A DNA stretch of 64,000 nt from Escherichia coli (lineage in GTDB: Bacteria; Pseudomonadota; Gammaproteobacteria; Enterobacterales; Enterobacteriaceae). Position numbers and translations under genes: made by a program. Every line of letters starts with the position of its first letter. Position 1 is the stretch's first letter. Location: NCBI RefSeq assembly GCF_044324785.1, contig NZ_CP172127.1. One strand, written 5' to 3'. Below are positions 18,082 through 31,268 of this stretch, in pieces. The notes beneath the pieces are model-generated. The model ran no database searches, was not told the DNA's origin, and saw nothing but the letters and a program-made list of their open reading frames with translations.

Positions 18082-19575
18082 TCAGGCGCTTTTACCGTTG
18101 TTAAAAATAGCCAGTTCATCCCAGATGGCGTCAATATGCGCGACAACATCCGGATCTTTTTTGATGGGACGTCCCCATTCACGCTGGGTTTCCCTTGGCC
18201 ATTTATTCGTGGCATCCAGCCCCATTTTTGAACCCAGCCCGGACACAGGCGAGGCAAAATCCAGATAATCAATAGGCGTATTTTCGACCAACACCGTGTC
18301 CCGCGCCGGGTCCATACGGGTGGTAATCGCCCAAATCACATCGTTCCAGTCGCGTGCGTTGACGTCATCATCGCAAACGATCACAAATTTAGTGTACATA
18401 AACTGGCGTAAGAACGACCAGACGCCCATCATGACGCGCTTCGCGTGTCCGGCGTACTGTTTTTTGATCGTCACTACCGCCAGGCGATAAGAGCAGCCTT
18501 CCGGCGGCAGGTAAAAATCGACAATTTCCGGGAACTGTTTTTGCAGAATCGGCACAAACACTTCGTTCAGTGCGACACCCAGCACCGCAGGTTCATCCGG
18601 CGGACGCCCGGTATAGGTGGAATGATAAATCGCATCTTCACGCTGGGTAATATGCGTCACAGTAAATACCGGGAAACTATCGACTTCGTTATAGTAACCG
18701 GTGTGGTCGCCATACGGCCCTTCCGGCGCAGTTTCGCCTTGTTCGATATACCCTTCCAGCACAATCTCCGCACTGGCGGGCACTTCGAGATCATTGGAAA
18801 TACACTTTACTACTTCGGTTTTGGTGCCGCGTAGCAATCCGGCAAACGCATACTCTGAAAGCGTATCTGGAACGGGCGTGACTGCACCGAGAATTGTGGC
18901 GGGATCAGCACCCAGCGCCACAGAAACCGGGAAACGTTCGCCCGGATGCGCCGCACACCACTCCTGATAATCCAGCGCGCCGCCGCGATGCGACAGCCAG
19001 CGCATAATCAATTTGTTTTTACCAATTAGCTGCTGGCGATAAATGCCCAGATTCTGCCGCTCTTTATGCGGGCCGCGCGTCACTGTCAGCCCCCAGGTAA
19101 TCAGCGGCGCGGCATCTTCTGGCCAGCAGGTCATAATGGGGATACGGTGAAGATCGACGTCATCGCCGGAGATAATTTTTTGCTGACACGGCGCACCACG
19201 CAGTCGCTTTGTCGGCATGTTCAATACTTGCTTGAACTGCGGCAGTTTATCAAACAGGTCGCGAAAGCCTTTTGGCGGCTCCGGCTCTTTCAGAAAGGCT
19301 AATAATTTACCGACTTCACGCAGCGCCGAAACATCTTCCTGCCCCATGCCCATCGCCACGCGCTTTGGCGTACCGAACAGGTTGCACAGCACCGGCATTG
19401 AGTAGCCTTTAGGGTTTTCGAACAACAGCGCAGGCCCACCGGCACGCAAAGTGCGGTCCGCAATTTCAGTGATTTCCAGATGCGGATCCACCGGGAGCGT
19501 GATACGTTTTAGCTCACCCTGCTGTTCAAGCAGCGTCAAGAAGTCGCGTAAATCGTTATATTTCATGGCGTCCAT
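18082..19575 (-). CDS. ubiD: 3-octaprenyl-4-hydroxybenzoate decarboxylase UbiD
   Basis: 497-aa [28 protein letters not shown]...; synteny. Confidence 0.9.
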   Translation of the reverse strand: MDAMKYNDLRDFLTLLEQQGELKRITLPVDPHLEITEIADRTLRAGGPALLFENPKGYSMPVLCNLFGTPKRVAMGMGQEDVSALREVGKLLAFLKEPEPPKGFRDLFDKLPQFKQVLNMPTKRLRGAPCQQKIISGDDVDLHRIPIMTCWPEDAAPLITWGLTVTRGPHKERQNLGIYRQQLIGKNKLIMRWLSHRGGALDYQEWCAAHPGERFPVSVALGADPATILGAVTPVPDTLSEYAFAGLLRGTKTEVVKCISNDLEVPASAEIVLEGYIEQGETAPEGPYGDHTGYYNEVDSFPVFTVTHITQREDAIYHSTYTGRPPDEPAVLGVALNEVFVPILQKQFPEIVDFYLPPEGCSYRLAVVTIKKQYAGHAKRVMMGVWSFLRQFMYTKFVIVCDDDVNARDWNDVIWAITTRMDPARDTVLVENTPIDYLDFASPVSGLGSKMGLDATNKWPRETQREWGRPIKKDPDVVAHIDAIWDELAIFNNGKSA

Positions 19576-19696
19576 TGTAGCCTCTTAATCTGCGCCCATT
19601 ATACGGCGTTCATCTTTGCGATGCTGTAAATTTGTTAAATTAGCGTGAACTCTGACGGTATAACGCAAACCGGGGAATATAATTAACTTAGCGTAA

Positions 19697-21009
<1,313 letters not shown>

Positions 21010-21050
21010 CCTGTACTCCATATGACAACCGCCCTGACGGGCGGTTGAAT

Positions 21051-21827
21051 TTATTCTTCAGTTTTTTCGCTTTCTGCTTCCGCGTCGTTTTCCTCTTCCC
21101 GATTTCGCCCTTTACCAACGTAAAAGCGTGAGAAGAAGACACCGATTTCAAACAGGCAGTACATCGGGATCGCCAGCAGCGTTTGCGAGAAGACATCCGG
21201 CGGCGTCAGCAGCATCCCGACAACAAATGCGCCAACCAGCACATACGGACGTTTTTTGCGTAAGTCTTCTGGCGAGGTAATTCCCATCCAGCACAGCAGC
21301 ACAATTGCCACCGGCACTTCAAAGGAGACACCAAACGCCATAAACAGCGCCATAACGAAGCTTAAATAGCTGGCTATGTCGGTGGATACCTGTACCCCTT
21401 CCGGCGCAGTATTGGCAAGGAAGCCAAATGCCAGCGGAAAGACCACAAAGTAGGCGAACGCCATGCCGATATAAAACAACAGAGAGCTGGAAACCAGCAG
21501 CGGCACCACCAGGCGACGTTCATGCTTATACAGCGCTGGGGCGATAAACGCCCACACCTGATAGAGAATCACCGGCGCTGACAGAATCAGCGACACCATA
21601 AAGGTCAGCTTGATCGGCGTAAAGAACGGTGAGGCCACGTCGGTGGCGATCATCGTTGAACCTTGCGGCAACTGCTTGATCAATGGCGCGGATACCAGGT
21701 GATAGATGTCATTGGCGAAATAGACCAGACACAGGAATATCACGATCACCGCGATAATGCAGTTCAGCAGACGCTTACGCAGCTCAATCAGATGCGTGAT
21801 AAGCGGTTGAGTATCTTCTACAGACAT
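21051..21827 (-). CDS. tatC: Twin-arginine translocase subunit TatC
   Basis: 258-aa polytopic membrane ORF. Confidence 0.9.
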
Positions 21828-21829
21828 GT

Positions 21830-22345
21830 TTACGGTTTATCACTCGACGAAGGGGAAGGTGCAGCGGTTTTCGGTTCAGCGTCCGCAGCAGGTTTTACCA
21901 CCGGCTCTGGCGTGGTTTCTGGCTTCTGTTCCGGCGAACTGGCCTGCGTTTGTGCAGCAGCAGGCGTTACGCCTTCATGCGCAGCTTCATTGCCTTTCAC
22001 CACCGGGTTGTGGATGGTGTGCGCTTCATCGCTCGCCTTTTCAGGATCGTTTGCAACGTAGGAACGCTTCATCGACTCCGCGGCCTGGCGTAGTTCATCC
22101 ATCGACGCTTTCAGTTCGGGCGTCAGGTTAGTGAGGCTCGCCTTTTCAACCTTTTTCAGACTGTCCTGAAACTCCTGGAGTTTTAACTCCTGGGTCAGTT
22201 CGTTCTGCACCGTTGTCGCCAGTGAACGCAACGCGCGAATCCAGCCCGCGACCGTTTTTACCGCCACAGGCAGTCGTTGCGGCCCCAGAACAACGAGGCC
22301 GATGATGAACACCAATAGCAGTTCGCTAAAACCGATATCAAACAC
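21830..22345 (-). CDS. tatB: Twin-arginine translocase subunit TatB
   Basis: 171-aa [29 protein letters not shown]... Confidence 0.9.
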
Positions 22346-22348
22346 GGA

Positions 22349-22618
22349 TTACACCTGCTCTTTATCGTGGCGCTTCGCGTCTTCTGTTTTAGCCTGTTCC
22401 TGATTCGTATCCGCCTGCTTATCGGCGATAGTTTTCGCAGTAAAATCAGCATCCTGACTGGTTTTATCCTGCTTTGGTTCATCATCGCTCATTGCTTTTT
22501 TAAAGCCTTTGATCGACGCACCAAGATCGGAACCGATGGAGCCGAGCTTTTTGGTGCCAAAAAGCAGTACAACGATGACGGCAATAATCAATAACTGCCA
22601 AATACTGATACCACCCAT
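22349..22618 (-). CDS. tatA: Twin-arginine translocase subunit TatA
   Basis: [27 protein letters not shown]... 89 aa from internal ATG. Confidence 0.9.
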   Translation of the reverse strand: MGGISIWQLLIIAVIVVLLFGTKKLGSIGSDLGASIKGFKKAMSDDEPKQDKTSQDADFTAKTIADKQADTNQEQAKTEDAKRHDKEQV

Positions 22619-22696
22619 ACATGTTCCTCTGTGGTAGATGATGATTAAACAAGGCCGCATTATACGTTACACGGCCCGCCTTGAGCGATGAAAAAA

Positions 22697-24939
<2,243 letters not shown>

Positions 24940-24952
24940 TTCCGGTCTCCTG

Positions 24953-25708
24953 TCAGAACTTATAACCACGATGCAGCGCCACAACCCCTGCCGTCAGATT
25001 GTAGTAGTCGACACTTTCGAATCCGGCATCCTGCATCATGGCTTTCAGGGTATCCTGATCGGGATGCATACGGATGGATTCTGCCAGATAACGGTAGCTG
25101 TCGGCGTCGTTCGCGACCAATGAGCCAATACGCGGCAGCACATGGAAGGAGTATGCATCATAGGCTTTGCTCAGCGGCTCGATAATTGGCTTCGAGAACT
25201 CAAGCACCAGCAGGCGGCCGCCGGGTTTCAGCACGCGATACATTGAACGCAGTGCTTTATCTTTGTCGGTGACGTTACGCAGACCAAACGAAATGGTGAT
25301 GCAATCAAAGGTGTTATCCGGGAATGGCAGCGCCTCAGCGTTCGCCTGAACATACTCAACGTTGCCAATCACACCGATATTACGCAGCTTCTCGCGGCCC
25401 ATTTTGAGCATGGATTCATTGATATCAGCAAGGACCACTTTGCCAGTTTCTCCGACCAGGCGGGAGAATTTCGCTGTCAGGTCGCCGGTGCCACCAGCCA
25501 GATCCAGCACGGTCTGCCCACGGCGTACGCCGCTGCAATCAATCGTGAATCGCTTCCACAAACGATGAATACCAAATGACATCAAATCATTCATGACATC
25601 GTATTTTGATGCCACGGAATGGAAAACGTGGGCGACCATATCCGCTTTTTGTTCCTTCGCGACGGTCTGAAAACCAAAGTGCGTCGTTTCTTGTGACTTA
25701 TCCACCAT
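24953..25708 (-). CDS. ubiE: Ubiquinone/menaquinone C-methyltransferase UbiE
   Basis: 251-aa ORF with SAM-binding motif [11 protein letters not shown]. Confidence 0.9.
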
Positions 25709-25802
25709 CTCAATGCCTGCTCATCAAAAAATTGTTCCAGAAGTGTAACAGATTGGGCGTCGATGCCCTAGATTTCTACCCGGCTTAACTACCCCCAATG
25801 GG

Positions 25803-27230
25803 CTAGCGCGACTGCTGATTATATTCATCATCGCGTTGATAAGCTTCATCATTCGGCTGCTCCGGAACCGACCGCAGTCGATACTCTTCATCCTGGCTCA
25901 CCGCTTGTTCAGCCAAATCCGGATTAATCTCGCGTTTAATTTCTACCCCTAAACCGCGAAACGCTTCTGCCTGCGCCAGCACATTTCCGCGACCTGAAGA
26001 GAGTTTTTTCATTGCCTGGCGATAGTTATCCTGCGCTTTGTCGAGACTTTGACCAATCGCTGACATGTCATCGACGAACAAACGCATCTTGTCGTACAGC
26101 TTGCTGGCGCGATCGGCTATTTTCTGGGCGTTACGACTTTGATGCTCATAGCGCCAGAGGTTGGCGATAGTGCGCAGCGCCACCAGCAGCGTGGTCGGGC
26201 TAACCAGCATGATATTGTTTTTCAACGCTTCGGTGATCAGCTCCGGCTGGCGGTCCAGCGCCAGTAAAAAAGCGGGTTCAACGGGAATAAACATCAGCAC
26301 GTAATCCAGGGTTCGCAGCCCCGGCAGCTGTTGATAATCTTTGCGTCCCAGCAAACGGATATGGTTACGCACCGACGCGATATGTTCCTGTAGCGCACTT
26401 TCGCGGGTGTAGTCATCTTCGGCGTTGAAATAGCGTTCATAGGCGACCAGCGTCATTTTGGCGTCGATCACCACATCTTTTCCCTGCGGCAACCGCACGA
26501 TGACATCCGGCTGCATCCGCGAGCGGGCGTCATTTTCGATGCTGACCTGAGTTTCATATTCATACCCTTCACGCAGACCGGAAGCCTCCAGCACCCGCGT
26601 CAATACCACCTCGCCCCAGTTGCCCTGAGTTTTATTGTCGCCTTTCAGCGCACGCGTCAGGTTGATCGCCTCCTGAGCCATTTGCGCGTTGAGCTGCTGG
26701 AGATTGCGAATTTCGTGGGTCAGGGTATGACGTTCCTGTGCTTCTTTACCGAAGCTGTCCTGAACCTGACGGCGGAAACCGTCCAGTTGTTCACGTAGCG
26801 GCGACAACAGGCTGTTCAGACTCTGACGGTTTTGCTCATCAACCCGGCGATTGCTGTGCTCAAAAATACGGTTGGCGAGGTTTTCAAACTGCTCACTGAG
26901 GCGCTGCTCGCTGTTAATCATCTGGCGAATTTTATCGTCAGCATGTTGCTGTGCGGCTTCCATCCGCGTGGTTACTTCGCGCAGATCGGCCTCCAGAGAG
27001 GTGTTAATACTTTGCAGGCTGCGCACTTCGTTATTGAGTAACTCGCACTCAGCGCGCCAGTGCTCGCTTTGGGTAATTTGTTGTTTTGCCGCGCTTAACT
27101 CCGCGACCATCTCTTCACGTTCAGCTAATTGCTCGGCTTTTTGCTGCGCATGTTGATAACTGGCAAACAGCCAGCCAATTGCCACACCCACCAACGCAAT
27201 AACTGCGTAAACCATGATTGAGAAATCCAC
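25803..27230 (-). CDS. rmuC: DNA recombination protein RmuC
   Basis: 475-aa ORF with N-terminal TM segment and long coiled coil. Confidence 0.9.
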   Translation of the reverse strand: MDFSIMVYAVIALVGVAIGWLFASYQHAQQKAEQLAEREEMVAELSAAKQQITQSEHWRAECELLNNEVRSLQSINTSLEADLREVTTRMEAAQQHADDKIRQMINSEQRLSEQFENLANRIFEHSNRRVDEQNRQSLNSLLSPLREQLDGFRRQVQDSFGKEAQERHTLTHEIRNLQQLNAQMAQEAINLTRALKGDNKTQGNWGEVVLTRVLEASGLREGYEYETQVSIENDARSRMQPDVIVRLPQGKDVVIDAKMTLVAYERYFNAEDDYTRESALQEHIASVRNHIRLLGRKDYQQLPGLRTLDYVLMFIPVEPAFLLALDRQPELITEALKNNIMLVSPTTLLVALRTIANLWRYEHQSRNAQKIADRASKLYDKMRLFVDDMSAIGQSLDKAQDNYRQAMKKLSSGRGNVLAQAEAFRGLGVEIKREINPDLAEQAVSQDEEYRLRSVPEQPNDEAYQRDDEYNQQSR

Positions 27231-27370
27231 AACGCCTCCTGACGCAACAACTTACCCGCACAAAATAGAATTGTGCTGTACAAACGTCCAGTTGGAAAGG
27301 CATTTCCTGCGAGGCGCTACGCAAAAATACAAAAGGCCGAACGCGTCGGCCTTCAGACAGGAGAAGAGGA

Positions 27371-28132
27371 TTACAGCAGACGACGCGCCGCTTCCACCAC
27401 GATTTTCACCGCTTGGCTTTCAGTTTGTTTCATCGTCTCAGCATTCGGGATCTCTTGCTGGGTGCGGTTAACGATAACACCCGCTACCATACCGGCACGC
27501 AGGCCCTGACTTGCACACATGGTCAGCAGGGTTGCAGATTCCATTTCATAGTTCATTACGCCCATCGCCTGCCACTCTTCCATAGAACCTTTAAAGTGAC
27601 GAACTACGCGACCAGAGTAAGTATCGTAACGTTCCTGGCCTGGGTAGAAGGTATCAGAAGAAGCCGTCACGCCAACGTGAGTCGTCGCGCCAATGGATTT
27701 CGCCGCTTCAACCAGCGCAGTCGTACATTCGAAATCAGCGACAGCCGGGAATTCCAGCGGTGCGAAGTGCAAGCTCGCGCCATCCAGACGAACAGACGCC
27801 GTGGTAACCAGGACATCGCCAACATTAATATGCGGCTGAATAGCGCCCGTTGTACCGATACGCAGGAAGGTGCGAATGCCCAGCTGTGCCAGCTCTTCAA
27901 CAGCAATAGAGGTAGACGGGCCGCCGATACCGGTAGAGCAGACGATAACAGGTTTACCATCCAGCTCTGCACGCCAGGTGGTGAATTCGCGGTGAGATGC
28001 CAGCTTAACCGGCTTATCCATCAGCGCGGCGATCTTTTCCACACGATCCGGGTCGCCAGGGACGATGGCAAGCGTAGCCCCTTGTAAATCGTTTTTAGTG
28101 AGGCCGAGATGAAAAACATCAGACTTGGACAT
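27371..28132 (-). CDS. udp: Uridine phosphorylase
   Basis: [31 protein letters not shown]... 253 aa. Confidence 0.9.
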   Translation of the reverse strand: MSKSDVFHLGLTKNDLQGATLAIVPGDPDRVEKIAALMDKPVKLASHREFTTWRAELDGKPVIVCSTGIGGPSTSIAVEELAQLGIRTFLRIGTTGAIQPHINVGDVLVTTASVRLDGASLHFAPLEFPAVADFECTTALVEAAKSIGATTHVGVTASSDTFYPGQERYDTYSGRVVRHFKGSMEEWQAMGVMNYEMESATLLTMCASQGLRAGMVAGVIVNRTQQEIPNAETMKQTESQAVKIVVEAARRLL

Positions 28133-28393
28133 ATACAACTCCTCTGTGAATCGGTTTAGTCAGAAGAAGCAAAAAGACACTTTACCGAAGGGTTTAACAT
28201 TTTTTCGTGATACTCATCACCATGACGCAAATGCGTTGCATAAATTTACCCACCAAAAGTGATGCAAATCACATAAATCACTCTTCATTCTGCAGGACTG
28301 CATAAAAGATGAGCCGATTCAGGCAATGTGATTTGTTGCATGCTGACTATAGTTAACATTGCGCAACATTTTTATAAGGGTACGGAGAATACC

Positions 28394-29206
28394 ATGGCAA
28401 CAACACAACAATCTGGATTTGCACCTGCTGCATCGCCTCTCGCTTCGACCATCGTTCAGACTCCGGACGACGCGATTGTGGCGGGCTTCACCTCTATCCC
28501 TTCACAAGGGGATAACATGCCTGCTTACCATGCCAGACCAAAGCAGAGCGATGGCCCACTGCCAGTGGTCATTGTAGTGCAGGAAATTTTTGGCGTGCAT
28601 GAACATATCCGCGACATTTGTCGCCGTCTGGCGCTGGAGGGGTATCTGGCTATTGCACCTGAACTTTACTTCCGCGAAGGCGATCCGAATGATTTTGCCG
28701 ATATCCCCACGTTGCTTAGCGGTCTGGTAGCAAAAGTGCCTGACTCGCAGGTGCTGGCCGATCTCGATCATGTCGCCAGTTGGGCTTCCCGCAACGGCGG
28801 CGATGTTCATCGTTTAATGATCACCGGATTCTGCTGGGGTGGGCGCATCACCTGGCTGTATGCCGCGCATAATCCACAGCTAAAAGCCGCGGTGGCGTGG
28901 TACGGCAAGCTGACAGGCGATAAGTCGCTGAATTCACCGAAACAACCTGTTGATATCGCAACCGATCTTAACGCGCCGGTTCTCGGCTTATATGGTGGTC
29001 AGGATAACAGCATTCCGCAGGAGAGCGTGGAAACGATGCGCCAGGCGCTGCGGGCTGCTAATGCGAAAGCAGAGATTATCGTGTACCCGGATGCCGGGCA
29101 TGCATTCAACGCTGATTATCGCCCGAGCTATCATGCCGAATCTGCGAAAGACGGCTGGCAGCGAATGTTGGAATGGTTTAAGCAGTATGGTGGGAAGCGG
29201 AGTTAG
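28394..29206 (+). CDS. dlhH: Dienelactone hydrolase-family protein (YsgA/DlhH)
   Basis: ATG at 28394 (MATTQQSGFAPAASP...); alpha/beta hydrolase with GFCWGG nucleophile-elbow-like motif. Confidence 0.85.
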   Translation: MATTQQSGFAPAASPLASTIVQTPDDAIVAGFTSIPSQGDNMPAYHARPKQSDGPLPVVIVVQEIFGVHEHIRDICRRLALEGYLAIAPELYFREGDPNDFADIPTLLSGLVAKVPDSQVLADLDHVASWASRNGGDVHRLMITGFCWGGRITWLYAAHNPQLKAAVAWYGKLTGDKSLNSPKQPVDIATDLNAPVLGLYGGQDNSIPQESVETMRQALRAANAKAEIIVYPDAGHAFNADYRPSYHAESAKDGWQRMLEWFKQYGGKRS

Positions 29207-29598
29207 TTTCCTCTTAGTCTATATTTGAGATGGTGAGTGAACGAGTGCGTTTTGCTGCCATCTCTGTCCCCCAAAAAATAATCAGTATGAATTGATTGGA
29301 GATTACGACTCCGCTATTTGACCTTAAGAAAGTCGGCAAGTCATAGTCATAAATGAGTCTCTTCAATGGCAGACACCTTAGAGATTTACCATCAACTCCC
29401 ATTCACAAACAAACATTAATTATTATCAACACATTCACATTAATTATAAATCATCTCAGACCTTCCTGATAAAAAGATATTAAAGTGAAACATTTTGTTT
29501 TTCACATTTTAGTTCATCACTTTTAGGCGTAAATAAAGGTAAAAAAACAACAATACTATTTCTCTTTCACAAAAGAATTAACAAAAGGTTTTTCAAGG

Positions 29599-30747
29599 AT
29601 GAGTGATATTATTTACCTGAACATAACCGGAGAACAACAAGGATGTATTTCCTCTCGTTGTGGAACGAGCGCATCAATAGGTAATCGCTGGCAGATTGGC
29701 CATGAAGATGAAATCTTCGCGTTCTCGCTCTCTAATAGTATTACGAATACAGGCAAAGGGTCACAATTGCATGGCCTTAGTTTCTGTAAATTGATTGACA
29801 AAAGCTCCCCGTTACTTATTAACGCTATTAACAATAACGAGCAGTTGTTCATGGAGTTTGACTTCTATCGGATCAATAGATTTGGTCGATGGGAGAAATA
29901 TTACAACATTCAACTTCGCGGCGCGCTCTTATCAGCAATCAATCACCTGTTTACTGAGAACAATCTGGATACAGAAACCATCACTGTCAGTTATGAATAT
30001 ATACTCTCCAGGCATCTGATTGCTAATACTGAATTTAGTTATTTGGCATTTCCCGATAACTACAACCGTCTGTTTATACCACGGCCAAAAACTAAAGATG
30101 ATAATGGCCTCAAAACACTCAATAGTAAAGCGGTTGGCAGACTGCTTGCTGCTGGCGGCATATACAATGGGAATATCGAAGGATTCAGGGAAACAGCAAA
30201 CAAGTTGGGAGGAGATGCACCTGCTGGTTACGATCAAGTTATGGATAACAAAGGGTTACTCATCGCTGGTGCTTCAATAGTTGCTGGAGTTGTTCTGGGA
30301 AGAATGAGATTCCCTGATTTGGAATCACTTGAGCATTTCGGAGCCAGAGGAGCAGTATCAGGAAGACCATTTAATCCCGACCTTGCCGGTGGTCCAATAG
30401 AAAATCTGACGACAGATGGCGTAACAATCAACAGGGAAGGTATCGCTATTGTTGAAAAACACATAGCCAGATTTGGTCATGACCCTGTAAATGAAGTGAT
30501 GATCAATAGACTGAAAGACATTGAGAAAGGAAAAATCCCCCCAGAACAAGTAGATCTTAACTTCTATACTCATGAATGTCGGGAATATCAGCGTTACTGT
30601 AATCTTGGTTGGGAAACAGGACAACCTGATGGTGACGCAGGCTATGCACTCTGGAATCATACGCATACTGCTACTCTAGAAGATTATAAACTTAAGGGAG
30701 AACTTAATGACTTATACCACCAGGATGCACTTGACTATGATAACTGA
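29599..30747 (+). CDS. Hcp (T6SS tube protein, TssD) fused to a ~230-aa C-terminal extension; putative Hcp-ET-type effector, toxin domain unassigned
   Basis: 382-aa ORF with RBS AAGGA; N-terminal ~150 aa show Hcp1-family hallmarks (IYLNITGEQQG...TGKGSQLHGLSFCKLIDKSSPLLINAI...FMEFDFYRIN...EKYYNIQLRGA...TITVSYEYI); C-terminal part has no motif I recognise. Confidence 0.7.
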   Translation: MSDIIYLNITGEQQGCISSRCGTSASIGNRWQIGHEDEIFAFSLSNSITNTGKGSQLHGLSFCKLIDKSSPLLINAINNNEQLFMEFDFYRINRFGRWEKYYNIQLRGALLSAINHLFTENNLDTETITVSYEYILSRHLIANTEFSYLAFPDNYNRLFIPRPKTKDDNGLKTLNSKAVGRLLAAGGIYNGNIEGFRETANKLGGDAPAGYDQVMDNKGLLIAGASIVAGVVLGRMRFPDLESLEHFGARGAVSGRPFNPDLAGGPIENLTTDGVTINREGIAIVEKHIARFGHDPVNEVMINRLKDIEKGKIPPEQVDLNFYTHECREYQRYCNLGWETGQPDGDAGYALWNHTHTATLEDYKLKGELNDLYHQDALDYDN

Positions 30748-30982
30748 AACTGAAATTAACGTACTGAAAGTTATGGCTGAGAAAGATATAAACTGGAACT
30801 GGATGAATCTCGATCGCACACTATCTATAAGGCAAATTCCAGGATTCGGTAATGTTGTTAACATTGTTAACAAATTAGCTAACGAGGGTTTGGTTATTAT
30901 TGAGGATAGCGGACATAAGTCTATGCCTCACTACCACGTTACTGAAAAGGGATACAATCTCGTGAAAAGTGAGAATAAATAA
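30737..30982 (+). CDS. Small cytoplasmic protein, candidate cognate immunity protein (possible winged-helix fold)
   Basis: ATG at 30737 overlaps the 3' end of the Hcp-fusion gene by 11 nt (translational coupling); 81 aa, no signal peptide. Confidence 0.5.
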   Translation: MITETEINVLKVMAEKDINWNWMNLDRTLSIRQIPGFGNVVNIVNKLANEGLVIIEDSGHKSMPHYHVTEKGYNLVKSENK

Positions 30983-31128
30983 CGTAGCGTTGATTACTGA
31001 ACAAATCGCTCAGGATTATATTTTGCGAAAAAAATGATTCGGTTATTTCTGTGTCTGAACGGCCGCAGATAGCAAAATGGCTTCCGGTGATGGAAGCCAT
31101 CAGATTATTGGCAAAGTGCGTGTTGTTC

Positions 31129-31225
31129 ATGCCGGATGCGGCGTGAACGCCTTATCTGGCCAACTAAATCTTGAAAATTCAATAAATTGAAGAAATTATG
31201 TAGGCCTGGTATCAGGCAGTTTTGC
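31129..31225. repeat. REP/BIME palindromic units
   Basis: GCCGGATGCGGCGTGAACGCCTTATCTGGCC and GTAGGCCTGGTATCAGGC downstream of metE. Confidence 0.75.
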
Positions 31226-31268
31226 CTCTTTCATCGTACTGCAATTTACAGTGACTCGTTAATACTCA

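Noticed and set aside
29214-29402. 62-aa minus-strand ORF in the AT-rich leader of the Hcp-fusion island
   Set aside because: Sits in extremely AT-rich non-coding-looking DNA without an RBS; more likely promoter/leader sequence than a gene.
30939-31130. 63-aa minus-strand ORF overlapping the end of the putative immunity gene
   Set aside because: Overlaps the better-supported plus-strand gene and the hairpin at 31077-31100; no start context.
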